Both the position numbers and the translations under genes were made by a program. A stretch of 64,000 nucleotides of DNA from Mobula hypostoma (lineage: Eukaryota): positions 102,116,001 through 102,180,000 of the forward strand of contig NC_086097.1 of assembly GCF_963921235.1 (NCBI RefSeq), given 5' to 3'. The notes under the pieces were generated by a model, which was not told the origin of the DNA, made no database searches, and saw only the letters and a program-made list of their open reading frames with translations. Numbering within the stretch: position 1 is the stretch's first letter; each line of letters opens with the position of its first letter. Shown here piece after piece: positions 1 through 13,789 of this stretch.

Positions 1-176
1 CTACTGCCTTTCTTGAACAAGGGGACAACATCTGCAACCTTCCAATCCTCTGGAACCACTCCTATCCCCATTGCTGATGCAGAGATCATTGCCAGAGGCT
101 CAGCAACCTCCTGCCTTGTCTCCCACAATAGCCTGTTTTACATCTCATTTGGTGCCAGAGACTTATCCAACTTGAT

Positions 177-929
177 TATCTAAATGGAGTCAAGTTAGGA
201 AAAGGGGAAGTACAATGAGATCTAGGTGTTCTTGTACATCAGTCACTGAAAGCAAGCATGCAAGTACAGCAGGCAGTGAAGAAAGCTAATGGCATGCTGG
301 CCTTCATAACAAGGTGAATTGAGTATAAGAGCAAAGAGGTCCTTCTGCAGCTGTACAGGGCCCTGGTGAGACCACACCTGGAGTACTGTGTGCAGTTTTG
401 GTCTCCAAATTTGAGGAAGGACATTCTTGCTATTGAGGGAGTGCAGCGTAGGTTCACAAGGTTAATTCCCGGGATGGCAGGACTGTCATATGTCGAAAGA
501 TTGAAGCAACTGGGCTTGTATACTCTGGAATTTAGAAGGCTGAGAAGGGATCTTATTGAAACATATAAGATTATTAAGGGATTGGACGCGCTGGAGGCGG
601 GAAGGATGGGTGAGTCCAGAACCAGAGGCCACAGTTTAAGAATAAGGGGTAGGCCATTTACAACGGAGTTGAGGAATAACTTTTTCACCCAGAGACTGGT
701 GGATATATGGAATGCTCTGCCCCAGAAGGCTGTGGAGGCCAAGTCTCTGGATGCTTTCAAGAAAGAGATGGATAGAGATCTTAAAGATAGCGGAATCAAA
801 GGTTATGGGGATAAGGCAGGAACTGGATACTGATTGTGGATGATCAGCCATGATCACAGTGAATGGCGGTGCTGGCTCGAAGGGCCAAATGGCCTACTCC
901 TGCACCTACTGTCTATTGTCTATTGTCTG
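177..929 (+). mobile_element. 5'-truncated CR1 3' fragment inserted in the host CR1
   Basis: ORF 366..833 RPHLEYCVQFWSP...RTRGH...FFTQR, (TGTCTAT)n tail, and TTGAT at both 172-176 and 930-934. Confidence 0.9.
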
Positions 930-1764
930 TTGATGCTTTCCAAAAGCTCCAGCACTCTTAATGTCTATATGCTCAAGCTTTTCAATCCACTGTAAGTCAT
1001 CCCTACAATCGCCAAGATCCTTCTCCGTAGTGAACACTGCAAAGTATTTATTAAGTACCTCCACTATCTCCTCCAGTTCCATACACACTTTTCCACTGTC
1101 CTATTCTCTCACATCTTATCCTCTTGCTCTTCACATACTTGTAGAATGCCTTGGGATTTTCTTTAATCCTGCTCACCAAGGCCTTCTCATGGCCCCTTCT
1201 GGCTCTCCAAATTTCATCCTTAAGTTCCTTCCTGCTGGCCTTATAATCTTCTAGATCCATCATTACCTAGTTTTTTGAACTTTTTGTCAGCTTTTCTTTT
1301 CTTCTTGACTAGATTTTCAACAGTCTTTGTACACCACGGTTCCTGTACCCTACCATCCTTTCCCTGTCTCATTGGAACGTACCTATTCAGAATGCCACAC
1401 AAATCCCCTGAACATTTGCCACATTTCTGCCATACATTTCCCTGAGAACATCTGTTCCCAATTTATGTTTCCAAGTTCCTGCCTGATAGCTTCATATTTC
1501 TCCTTGCTCCAATTGAATGCTTTTCTAACTTGTCTGTTCCTATCTCTCCAATGCTATTGTATAGAATTATGATCACTATCTCCAAAATGCTCTCCCACTG
1601 AGAGATCTGACACCCGACCAGGTTCATTTCCCAATACCAGATCAAGTACTGCCTCTCCTCTTGCAGGCTTATCTACATACTGTGTCAGAAAACCTTCCTG
1701 AACACACCCAACAAACTCCACCCCATCTAAACCCCTTGCTCTAGGGAGATGCCAATCAACATTT

Positions 1765-4006
1765 CTTCTTCTTCATGTGCCTTGCTTGGGCAATCATGGC
1801 ACTCCACATTGAACGATCCCACACAGCGTCAATGATATCTCGCACATTTAGATATGTTAGTTCTTTCACAGTGTCCATATATTTTCTTCTTTGCCTTCCT
1901 CTTCCGTGTTTCCCAGGCTTATGGCCTTGTAATGTAAGGCATTCTGTTTCTCCCTTTCTGATGACATGGCCCAGGAATTTAAGTTTCCTCTCATTTAATG
2001 TTCTCATTAAAGATCTTTTTGTATGGGCACATTGGAGTACTGCCTCATTAGTTACCCTATCTCTATATGATATTTTCAACATTCTTCTAAGAAACCACAT
2101 TTCTGTTGCTTCTAAGTTTCTTTGGAGTTCTGGTATTATAGTCCATGCTTCAGAAGCATACAGCAAGATTGACTAAATGTAACATTTTAGTAGCCTAAGT
2201 CTTGTTGTCATAAAAATGTTTTGTTGGTAAAAATGGGTTTCATTTTTTGGAAGTTGGTTTTGGCAATGGCAATTCTTCTTTTTATTTCTACTTTACTTCT
2301 AGCATCTTGTGATATAAAACTACCAAGGTAATCAAAGCTGGTTTTTTGTTCAATCTCTTGGTTACCGATGTACAATTGGCAGTTGGGAGTTTCCTGCTGT
2401 TTTGATATTACCATACATTTATTTTTTTTACAGTTGATGGTTAGAGCAAAATCTGCACTTGTTTATACTACTTTGTCTAGGAGGATTTGTAGGTCTTCTG
2501 CAGCACTTGCTATTAGGGTGGTATCGTCTGCATATCTTATATTGTTGATGTTAACACCTCCAATTTTTATCCCATCTAGGTCTTCCATTTCTCTGAGAAT
2601 CATTTCACTATAGATATTAAATAATTCCGGTGAGGCAACACATCCCTGTCTAACTCCTCTTTGAACTTTAGTCCAACAGCTTATATTATCATTAATTTTT
2701 ACCGCTGCCATTTGGTTCCAATATAAATTTTGAAGCAGTTGTTGATCCCTTCCATCAATGTTTAGTTTAGCGAGAATTTGAAATAATTTTTCATGTTGCA
2801 CTTTGTCGAATGCTTTAGTAAAATCAATAAAACATAAAAAGACATCATTTTGATATTCAATTGCCCTTTCTGAAAGCATTTGTAGTATGAAAATTGTGTT
2901 CCTAGTTCCTCTATCTTCAATAAACCCATATTGCAGTTTAGAAGCTTCTGGCCTCAACTTGTTTTTAATTCAACTCAACAATTCTCAACAAAATCTTTAT
3001 TAATTGACTGATTGTTCTCTAATTTTCGCAGTCAATAGTTCCAGGAATTTTTGGCAGAGTTATAAATACTGATTTCAAGAGATCGTCAGGCAATACACCA
3101 GACTCATATATACCATTAAACAGTTCAAAAGAAGTATCTATGCCCAGATCTTCTAGGGTTTTTATCATTTCTACTGAAATTCCATCAGGTCCAGTGGCTT
3201 TACCGTGTTTCATGCTTTTCATTGCTTTAGTTATTTCTTCTATTCCTTAATTTTCTTGTGCATTTCTTTGCTGTTGTTAATATGGCCTTCTACTTCATTG
3301 CATTTTTGATTCAGCCATTCTTCCTTTGCAATATTGTACAATTGTCTGATCTGTCTGTCCAGCTCTCTGTATCGCACTTCATCATTCTTCACTAACCTTC
3401 TTTGTTCCATCAGATCTAGAATTTTTTGGGTTATCCACCCCTTGCTGGTGTGTTGGATTTCTTGTACTGGGATTATCTCCTCTGCTGATTGCTGTATAGC
3501 ATATTTAAATCTGTCCCAAATAGGTGTTGTTTCATTTTCATTGAGGTGTTTTTCTACAGCTGTTTTGAATTGTTGCTGAAGTATGCTATCATTTTTAAAT
3601 TCTCCCAACATATACTTCTTCCTCTTTTTTCCACGTTTCAGTTTCTTTAATTTTGTTTTGATGGTAGCTATTACCGGATGGTGATCTAAACCACAGTCTG
3701 CTCCTGGATAGGCTTTAGAATTTGTGATATTATTTCTAAAGCATTCATTGATGGTAATTAAATCTATTTGATTCCTTGTTCTATCTCCAGGGCTAATCCA
3801 AGTACACAATCTGCGTGGATGGTTTTTATACCAAGTATTGGTGATCACTTGGTTGTTTCTGATGCACCAATCAGTAAATCTTTCTCCATTTTCATTTTTC
3901 TCCCCTAATCCAAAAGGTCCTATGATGTTATCAACCCTTTCCTGTCCAACTTTGGAGTAAAAATCTCCCATGAATAATTTTATATCCTGAGATTTATATT
4001 TAAATA
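1765..4006 (-). mobile_element. 5'-truncated RTE-clade LINE, frameshifted (endonuclease C-part, RT, C-terminus)
   Basis: FIDFTKAFD, GVRQGC, IRYADD, YASEAWT..EMWFLRRML motifs. (AAG)n tail at 1765-1774. 11-bp TSD AATCAACATTT at 1754-1764 and 4007-4017. Confidence 0.9.
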
Positions 4007-5434
4007 AATCAACATTTAGGAACTTAAAATCTCCCACCACGACAACCCTGTTATTATTATACCTTTCCAGAATCTGTCTCTCTATCTGCTCCTCGATGTC
4101 CCTGTTACTATTGGGTGGTCTATAAAAAAAAACACCCAGCAGAGTTATTGACCCCTTCCTGTTTCTAACTTCTACCCACAGAAACTCAGTAGACGATCCC
4201 TCCATGACTTCCTCCTTTTCTGCAGCCGTAACACTATCTCTGATCAGCAGTGCCACACCCCCACTTTTTTTGCCTCCCTCCTTGTCCTTTCTGAAACATC
4301 TAAAACCTGGCACTCTAAGTATCCATTCCTGCCCCTGAGCCATCCAAGCCTCTGTAATGCCCACAACATCATAGCTCCAAGTACTGATCCACACTCTAAG
4401 CTCATCCGCTTTGTTCATGATGCTTCTTGCATTAAAATAGACACATCTCAAACCATCGGTCTAAGCGTATCCCTTCTCTATCACCTGCCTATCCTCCCTC
4501 TCACACTGTCTCCAAGCTTTCTCTATTTGTGAGCCAACCGTCCCTTCCTCCATCTCTTCAGTTTGGTTCCCACCCCCAGCAATTCTAGTTTAATCCTCTC
4601 CCCAGCAGCCTTAGCAAACATCCCTGCCAGGATATTGGCCCCCCTGGGATTCAAGTGCAACCTGTCCTTTTTGCATGGGTCACGCCTGCCCCAAAAGAAG
4701 TTCCAATGATCCAGAAATCTGAATCCCTGCCCCCTACTCCAATCCCTCAGCCACACATTTATCCTCCACCTCACTCTATTCCTATACTCACCGTCACGTG
4801 GCACAGGCAGTAATCCCGAGAATACTACCTTTGAGGTCCTGCTTCTCAACTTCTTTCCTAGCTCCCTGCAGTCTGTTTTCAGGACCTCCTCCCCTTTCCT
4901 ACCTTTGTCATTGGTACCAATATGTATCACGACCTCTGGCTGTTCACCTTCCCACTTCAGGATATCGGGGACACGATCAAAAACATCCCAGACCCTGACA
5001 CCTGGGAGGCAAACTACCATCCGTGCTTCTGTTCTGCGTCCACAGAATCGCCTGTCTGACCCCCTAACAATAGAGTCACTGCTGCCATTCTCTTCTTTTC
5101 CCTACCCTTCTGAGCCACAGGGCCAGACTCCGTGCCAGAGGCACGGCCACTGTCGCTTCCCCCAGATAGGCTGTCCCCTCCCCCACCTTCCCAACAGTAC
5201 TCAAACAGGAGTACTTATTGTCAAGGGGGACAGCCACAGGGGTACCCTCTAGTATCTGACTCTTGCCCTTCCCTCTCCTGTTACCCACTTTATCTGTCTC
5301 CCGAGGCCCCGATGTGACCACCTGCCTATAGCTCCTCTCTATCACCTCCTTACTTTTTCCGACCAGACGATGGTCATCGAACTGCATCTCCAGTTCCCTA
5401 ACCCGGTCTCTAAAGAGCTGCAGCTTGACACACC

Positions 5435-8400
5435 ATACAACCATATAACAATTACAGCACGGAAACAGGCCATCTCGGCCCTTCTAGTCCATGCTGAACT
5501 CTTACTCTCACCTAGTCCCACCGACCTGCACTCAGCCCATAACCCTCCATTCCTTTCCTGTCCATATATCTATCCAATTTAACTTTAAACGACAACATCA
5601 AACCTGCCTCAACCACTTCTGCTGGAAGCTCGTTCCAAACAGCTATCACTCTCTGAGTAAAGAAGTTCCCCCTCATGTTACCCCTAAACTTTTGTCCTTT
5701 AACTCTCAACTCATGTCCTCTTGTTTGAATCTCCCCCACTCTCAATGGAAAAAGCCTATCCACGTCAACTCTATCAATCCTCCTCGTGATTTTAAACACC
5801 TCTATCAAGTCGCCCCTCAACCTTCTATGCTCCAAAGAATAAAGACCTAACTTGTTCAACCTTTCTCTGTAACTTAGGAGATGAAACCCAGGCAACATTT
5901 TAGTAAATCTCCTCTGTACTCTCTCAATTTTATTGACATCTTTCCTATAATTCGGTGACCAGAACTGTACACAATACTCCAAATTTGGCTTTACCAATGC
6001 CTTATACAATTTCAACATTACATCCCAAGTCCTATACTCAATGCTTTGATTTATAAAGGCCAGCATGTCAAAAGCTTTCTTCACCACCCTATCCACATGA
6101 GATTCCACCTTCAGGGAATTATGCACCATTATTCCTAGATCCCTCTGTTCTACAGCATTCTTCAATGCCCTACCATTTACCATGTACGTCCTATTTTGAT
6201 TAGTCCTACCGAAATGTAGCACCTCACATTTTTCAGCATTAAATTCCATCTGCCATCTTTCAGCCCACTCTTCTAACTGGCCTAAATCTTTCTGCAAGCT
6301 TTGAAAACCTACTTCATCATCCACAACACCACCTATCTTAGTATCATCTGCATACTTACTAATCCAATTTACCACCCCATCATCTAGATCATTAATATAT
6401 ATGACATACAACATTGGACCCAGTACAAATCCCTGAGGCACACCGCTATACACCGTCCTCCAATCTGACACAAAGTTATCCACCACTACTCTCTGGCGTC
6501 TCCCATCCAACCACTGCTGAATCTGTTTTACTACTTCGATATTAATGCCTAACGATTGAACCTTTCTAATTAACCTTCCGTGTGGAACCTTGTCAAAGGC
6601 CTTACTGAAGTCCATATAGACAACATCCACCGCTTTACCCTCATCAAATTTCTTAGTAACCGCATCAAAAAATTCAATAAGATTTGTCAAACACGACCTT
6701 CCACGCACTAATCCACGTTGACTGTTCCTAATCAGACCCTGTCTATCCAGATAATTACACATACCATCTCTAAGAATACTTTCCATCAATTTACCCACCA
6801 CTGACGTTAAACTCACAGGCTGATAATTGCCAGGTTTACTCTTAGAACCCTTTTTAAACGATGGAACCACATGAGCAATACGCCAATCCTCCGGCACCAT
6901 CCCCGTTTCCAATGACATTTGAAATATTTCTGTCAGAGCCCCTGCTAGTTCCACACTAACTTCCCTCAAGGTCCTAGGGAATATCTTGTCAGGCCCATAG
7001 ACTTATCCACTTTTATACTCCTTAAAAGCACCAGTACTTCCTCTTCTTTAATTGTCATACTTTCCATAACTACCCTTCTTGCTTCCTTTACCTCACACAA
7101 TTCAATATCCTTCTCCTTAGTGAATACCGAAGAAAAGAAATTGTTCAAAATCTCCCCCATCTCTTTTGGCTCCGCACATAGCTGCCCACTCTGATTCTCC
7201 AAGCGACCAATTTTACCCCTCACTATCCTTTTGCCACTAACATAACTGTAGAAACCCTTTGGATTTATTTTCACCTTACTTGCCAAAGCAGCCTCGTATC
7301 TTCTTTTAGCTTTTCTAATTTCTTTCTTAAGATTCTTTTTACATTCTTTATATTCCTCGAGCACCTCATTAACTCCAAGCTGCATATATTTATTGAAGAT
7401 CCCTCTCTTTTTCCGAACCAAGTTTCCAATATCCCTTGAAAACCATGGCTCTTTCAAACTTTTAACCTTTCCTTTCAACCTAACAGGAACATAAGGATCC
7501 CGTACCCTCAAAATTTCACCTTTAAATGATCTCCATTTCTCTATTACATCCTTCCCATAAAACAAATTGTCCCAATCCACTCCTTCTAAATCCTTTTGCA
7601 TCTCCTCAAAGTTAGCCTTTCTCCAGTCAAAAATCTCAATCCTAGGTCCAGTCCTATCCTTCTCCATAATTACACAGAAACTAATGGTATTGTGATCCCT
7701 GGACCCGAAGTGCTCCCCAACACATACCTCCATCACCTGCCCTATCTCATTCCCTAACAGGAGATCCAACACTACCCCTTCTCTAGTTGGTACCTCTATG
7801 TATTGCCCCAAAAAACTATCTTGCACACATTTGACAAACTCAAAACCATCCAGCCCTTTTACAGAATGGGCTTCCCAGTCTATGTGTGGAAAATTAAAAT
7901 CTCCCACAATCACAACCCTATGCTTACCGCAAATATCTGCTATCTCCTTACAAATTTGCTCCTCCAGTTCTCGGTCCCCATTAGGTGGTCTATAATACAC
8001 CCCTATAAGCATCACTACACCTTTCCCATTCCTCAATTCCACCCAAATAGATGAGCCCTCTAATTATCCTGCCGGATCACCGCTGTTATATATTCTCTGA
8101 CAAGCAATGCAACACCTCCCCCTCTTGCCCCTCCTATTCTATCACACCTGAAGCAACAAAATCCTGGAATATTTAGTTGCCAATCACACCCCTCCTGCAA
8201 CCACGTTTCACTAATAGCTACAACATCATATGTCCAGGTATCAATCCATGCTCTAAGCTCATCCACCTTTCTTACAATGCTCCTAGCATTAAAATAGATG
8301 CATTTGAGAAATTCTCCACCTCCCACTCTCCGTTTATCCTTAACGGAGCAAACAACTTTGTTATCTTTTTCTTCCTTGCCCCTTACATCTTCAGTCTGAT

Positions 8401-8517
8401 TGCTCCTGATCTCTGTCCCCTGCCTATCCTCCCTCACACACTGCCTACCTGCCTTCTCCATTTGTGAACCAATCCCCCCCTCTCCTAGTCTCCTTAATTT
8501 GATTCCCTCCTCCCACC
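5435..8517 (-). mobile_element. Younger CR1 LINE with nearly complete ORF2 in three broken pieces (8060..8461, 6966..8042, 5512..6969)
   Basis: Endonuclease motifs FNARSI, ISETW, YRPP, GDFN. RT motifs DFSKAFD, GVPQG, YADD. Imperfect TSD TGACACACC (5426-5434) and TGACTCACC (8518-8526). Confidence 0.93.
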
Positions 8518-8879
8518 TGACTCACCTGGCGCAGATGTGGTCATCCGGGAGGCTGGGAGTTTCCCAGACTTCCCACATCTGACACCCAGCACAGAACACC
8601 GGCCTCACAGACATACTCCCTTTTACTATTCCTCACGGGTAACTTACCTCACCTCAACCCGTTATTGCCAAAGCCTGAATGAGCCAAAGCCTCAGATCAC
8701 TCCGTTGATGTCCACTCCGCTAGGCCGTGTCTCCCTTTCATGCTTCAACCTTCCCTGCTATTTAACTCATGGTTAGTGCTCCGGTTATAGCTGCTGATAG
8801 GCCATGTACAATGGACATTCGCTCTCGAAGATCCCTTTTTAAATAACTGCTGCCAACCTGTGAGAAATCCCTCTTCCCA

Positions 8880-11800
8880 GCCTTCTTAAGTGTGAGGTTG
8901 AGCAGGTGGAGGCCGCGGTCCGTACAGGTACCAATGACAGGTAAGAAGAGGTATGAGATTCTGCAAGGTGAGTTCAGGCTATTAGGTGCTACGTTAAAGG
9001 ACAAGTCCTCCTCCACGGTCGTGCCATGTGCTGGCCAGGCCAGAACTAGGAACATCACACAGTTTAACACATAGAACATAGAACATAGAATAGTGCAGCA
9101 CAGTACAGGCCCTTCGGCCCACAATGTTGTGCCGACCCTCAAACCCTGCCTCCCATTTAAGTCCCCACCTTAGATTCCTCCATATACCTGTCTAGTAGTC
9201 TCTTAAATTTCACTAGTGTATCTGCCTCCACCACTGACTCAGGCAGTGCATTCCACGCACCAACCACTCTCTGAGTAAAAAACCTTCCTCTAATATCCCC
9301 CTTGAACTTCCCACCCCTTACCTTAAAGCCATGTCCTCTTGTATTGAGCAGTGGTGCCCTGTGGAAGAGGCGCTGGCTATCCACTCTATCTATTCCTCTT
9401 ATTATCTTGTACACCTCTATCGTGTCTCCTCTCATCCTCCTTCTCTCCAAAGAGTAAAGCCCTAGCTCCCTTAATCTCTGATCATAATGCATACTTTCTA
9501 AACCAGGCAGCATCCTCTCCTCTGTACCCTTTCCAATGCTTCCACATCCTTCCTATAGTGAGGTGACCAGAACTGGACACAGTACTCCAAGTGTGGCCTA
9601 ACCAGAGTTTTATAGAGCTGCATCATTACATTGCGACTCTTAAACTCTATCCCTCGACTTATGAAAGCTAACACCCTATAAGCTTTCTTAACTACCCTAT
9701 CCACCTGTGAGGCAACTTTCAGGGATCTGTGGACATGTACCCCGAGATCCCTCTGCTCCTCCACACTACCAAGTATTCTGCCATTTACTTTGTACTCTGC
9801 CTTGGAGTTTGTCCTTCCAAAGTGTACCACCTCACACTTCTCTGGGTTGAACTCCATCTGCCACTTCTCAGCCCACTTCTGCATCCTATCAATGCAATCT
9901 TTGACAATCCTCTACACTATCTACAACACCACCAATTTTTGTGTCGTCTGCAAACTTGCCAACCCACCCCTCTACCCCCACATCCAGGTCGTTAATAAAA
10001 ATCATGAAAAGTAGAGGTCCCAGAACAGATCCTTGTGGGACACCACTAGTCACAATCCTCCAATCTGAATGTACTCCCTCCACCACCACCCTCTGCCTTC
10101 TGCAGGCAAGCCAATTCTGAATCTGCCTGGCCAAACTTCCCTGGATCGCATGCCTTCTAACTTTCTGAATAAGCCTACTGTGTGGAACCTTGTCAAATGC
10201 CTTACTAAAATCCATATAGATCACATCCACTGCACTACCCTCATCTATATGCCTGGTCACCTCCTCAAAGAACTCTATCAGGCTTGTTAGACATGATCTG
10301 CCCTTCACAAAGCCATGCTGACTGTCCCTGATCAGACCATGATTCTCTAAATGCCTATAGATCCTATCTCTAAGAATCTTTTCCAACAGCTTTCCCACCA
10401 CAGACGTAAGGCTCACTGGTCTATAATTACCCGGACTATCCCTACTACCTTTTTTGAACAAGGGAACAACATTCACCTCCCTCCAATCCTCCAGTACCAT
10501 TCCCATGTACAACGAGGGCATAAAGATCCTAGCCAGAGGCTCAGCATTCTCTCACCTCATGAAGCAGCCTGGGGAATATTCCGTCAGGCCCCGGGGACTT
10601 ATCTGTCCTAATGTATTTTAACTACTCCAACACCTCCTCTCCCTTAATATCAACGTGTTCCAGAACATCAACCTCACTCATATTGTCCTCACCATCATCA
10701 TGGCTAAGGAGTTGGTGTAGGAGAGAGAGCTTCAGATCCTTGGATCATTGGGCTTTCTTCCACAGAACGTAGGACCAGTACAGAAGAGAATGCTTGCACC
10801 TGAATTTGAAGGGGTCTAATATTCTTGCAGGATGGTTTGCTAGTGCTGCACGGGAGGTGGGGCAGGGGTTAGCCTGGAGTTGTAGAGGGATGGAAACCAG
10901 AACAGGTAGTGGAGTGGTCTGGAGACATGTTGTTGAGACCTCTGACACCACCAGGAATCAGAAGGTTGAGCATGGTGTGACTAATATTCTGAGTTGTGTA
11001 CATTTCAATATTGTAGGAAAGGCAGATGAGCTCAGGGCATGGAATTATGATATTGTAGCCACTAGTGAGACTTGGTTGCAGGAGGGGCAGGACTAGCAGC
11101 TCAATATTCCAGGGTTCTGTTTTAGACATGATGGAGCGGGAAGGATTAAAGGGGGAGGGGTGGTGTTACTAGTTGGAAAATGTCATGGCAGTGCTCAGTC
11201 AGGACAGACTGGAGAACTCGTCTAGTCAGGATTTATGGGTGGAACTGAGGAATAAGAAAGGTATGACCATGTTAATGGGGCTATCTTATAGACCACCCAC
11301 CAATCTACAGGATTTAGAGGAACAAATCTGTAGAGATCACAGACTGATCAACATCTCCACCCGCTAGCCCTTCCCACCACCACCGCTTCACGTTTTCTGA
11401 TAGGATAACCTTATATACAGACAATCCCGTATCTAATGCCACTTTATGCACATGTAATCAATCTATGTATATAAGCTATCTTAATTTGTAGAGAGATTAC
11501 AGACTGTTGCAAGAAACACAAGGTTAATGTAGTAGGTACTTTTAACTTAACTGGGACTCCCATACTGTAGAAGGACTAGATGGGATAGAGTTTGTCAGAA
11601 GTGTTCAAGAAAGTTTCCTTAATCAGTACATAGAAGTACTAACGAGATGTGTACAACACTTGATCTTCCATTAGAGAATGAGGCTGGGCAGGTGACAAAA
11701 GCCTGTGTCGGGGAACTCTCTGCATCCAGTGATCATCATGCCATTCGTTTCAAGGTATTACAGAAAAGGATAGGTCTGGTTCTCGGGTTGAGATTCTAAA

Positions 11801-13740
11801 TTGGAGAAAGGCCAATTTTGATGCTATCAGAAAAGATTGGGCAAGTGTGGATCGGGACAGGCTGATTTTTGGCAAAGGTATATTTGATAAGTAGGAGGCC
11901 TTCAGAAGTGAAATTTTGAGAATACAAAGCTGTCAGAATAAAAGGCAAGGATAACAGGCTCAGGGAGTTTTGGTTTTCAAGAGGTATTGAGGCCCTGGTG
12001 AAGAAAAACAAAAGCAAATGCATAAAGATAGAGGCAGTTAGGAATAAGTGAGTTACTTGAGGAGTACAAGAAATCCAAGAGAACACTTAAGAAAAATCAA
12101 GAAAGCTAACAGAAGGCGTGAGGTTGTTCTCACAGACGAAGTGAAGGAGAATCCGAAAGGATTCTTCAGATATGTTAAGAACAAAGGACTGCAGGGGATG
12201 AAGTTGGTCCTCTGGTAATCAATGCATAGAGCCAAAAGAGTTGGGGACATTTCTTCCGCCATATTTACTTGGGAGGTGGGCACGGTCTATAGAAGTGAAA
12301 TCAGCAGCCAGGTTAAAGACCCTATACACATTACAGAGGAGGTGGTGTTGTTGTCTTTAGGTAAATTAGGGCGGGTAAAGCCCTGTGGGAGGCAAGTGCA
12401 GAAATTGAAGAGGTATTTAAATCATCCTTAGCAAATGATGAGGTATCGGAGGATTGGAGGACCACCAATGTTGTTCCGCTGTTTAAGAAAGGCTCTAAAA
12501 ATAAACCAGGAAATTATAGGTCGGTGAGCCTGACATTAGGATTTGGGGAAATTAATGGAAGGTATTCTAAGGAACCAGATATATGAGTATTTGGATAGAC
12601 AGGGACTGATTAGGAATTGTCTTAACCAGTCCTATTGAGTTTTTCAAGGAAATTATCGGGAAAGTTAAAGAAGGCAGTGGATGTTGTCTACATGGACTTC
12701 AGCAAGGCAGTTGACAAGGTACCACATGGGAGTTTGGTCAAGGTTAATTCGCTTGGCATTCAAGATGAGGTATTAAATTGGGTTAGACATTGGCTTTGTG
12801 GGAAAGTAAATGGGTGCCTCTCTGACTGGAGGCTTGTGACAAGTGGAGTGCCACAGGGACTGGTTTGTCATCTATGTCAGTGATCTGGATGATAATGTGG
12901 TTTACTGGATCAGCAAATTTGTAGACGACACCAAGACTGGGGTGTAGTGGACAGCGAGGCAGGCTAACAAAGCTTGCTGCAGAATCTGGACCAGCTGGAA
13001 TTTAATGAAGCCAAGTGTGAGCTGTTGCACTTTGGAAGGACCTACCTGGGTAGCTCTTACACAGTGAATGGTAGGGCACTGAGGATTGCAGTGGAACAAA
13101 GGGAGCTGGGAGTATAGGCCCATAATTCATTGAAATTGGTGTCATAAATAGTTCGGGTTGTAAATAAAGTTTTGGGCACATTGGCCTCCATAGATCAAAG
13201 TATTGAATAAGGAGATGGGATGTTCTGTTGAAGTTGTTTATGTTAATGGGGCCTAGTTTGGAGTGTTATGTGTAGGTACATACAGCAGAGGTGCAAATAA
13301 GGACCAGAGTAGAGACTGGAGGGCCTGTGTTATAAGGAAAGATTGAATAGAGGTTAGAACTGAGTCTCAGAACATTGAAGATTGAAGGGAGATTTGATCG
13401 AGGTATACAAAACCATGAGGGGTATAGAGGGGGCAAATAGATGCAGGCTTTTTCCACTGTGTTTGGGTGAGACTGCAAAGAGAGGTCATGGATTAAGGTG
13501 AAATGTTTAAAGGAAACATGTGGGGAAACTTCTTCCTTCAGAAGGTGGTGAGAATGTGGAATGAGCTGCCAGTGCAAGCCGTGGATGTGATTTTGATTTC
13601 AAAGTTTAAACGAATTTTGGATGGGAGGGATATGGAGAGTTGTAGTCTGGCACACAGCAGTGTAGTTTGTTCAGCACGGACTAGGTGACCTGAAGCGGCA
13701 GTTTCTGAGCTGTAGTTTTCTACAGCTCTATGCATGCACA
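8880..13740 (+). mobile_element. Old heavily decayed CR1 (ORF1 esterase, endonuclease, RT remnants) interrupted by the 9067-10698 element
   Basis: Esterase remnant at 8900-9060 continues at 10700 (WLRSWC..LDHW..LHLN). Then SETW, YRPP, YMDFSKA, SGVPQG and a CR1-type 3' end. Boundaries approximate. Confidence 0.8.
9067..10698 (-). mobile_element. 5'-truncated CR1 LINE (RT and 3' end)
   Basis: ORFs 9889..10521 ([14 protein letters not shown]), 9498..9884 and 9157..9513. (CTATGTT)n tail seen as ACATAGA repeats at 9067-9092. Confidence 0.92.
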
Positions 13741-13789
13741 TTGATAGTTCAAAAGGAAAAATAAGCAGATATATTAAGAAATATATCGG

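Larger units (their letters stand above)
1..8850 (-). mobile_element. Host CR1 LINE, decayed; pieces 1-176, 930-1764, 4007-5434, 8518-about 8850; ORF1 (Cys motif, SGNH esterase) and ORF2 (APE endonuclease, start of RT region)
   Basis: ORF1 esterase CLPG..HIGTND..LHLN (4523..5020), endonuclease [34 protein letters not shown] at 1-60. Pieces rejoin across three insertions. 5' end approximate; 3' part runs off the window. Confidence 0.85.

Noticed and set aside
239..2176. Antisense ORFs such as 239..799 (-) and 1775..2176 (+)
   Set aside because: Shadow frames opposite LINE coding sequence, with no independent motifs.
5512..8461. Active, intact CR1 ORF2
   Set aside because: Broken into three ORFs by a frameshift near 6968 and a lesion near 8050, and it lacks ORF1 and the 5' UTR.
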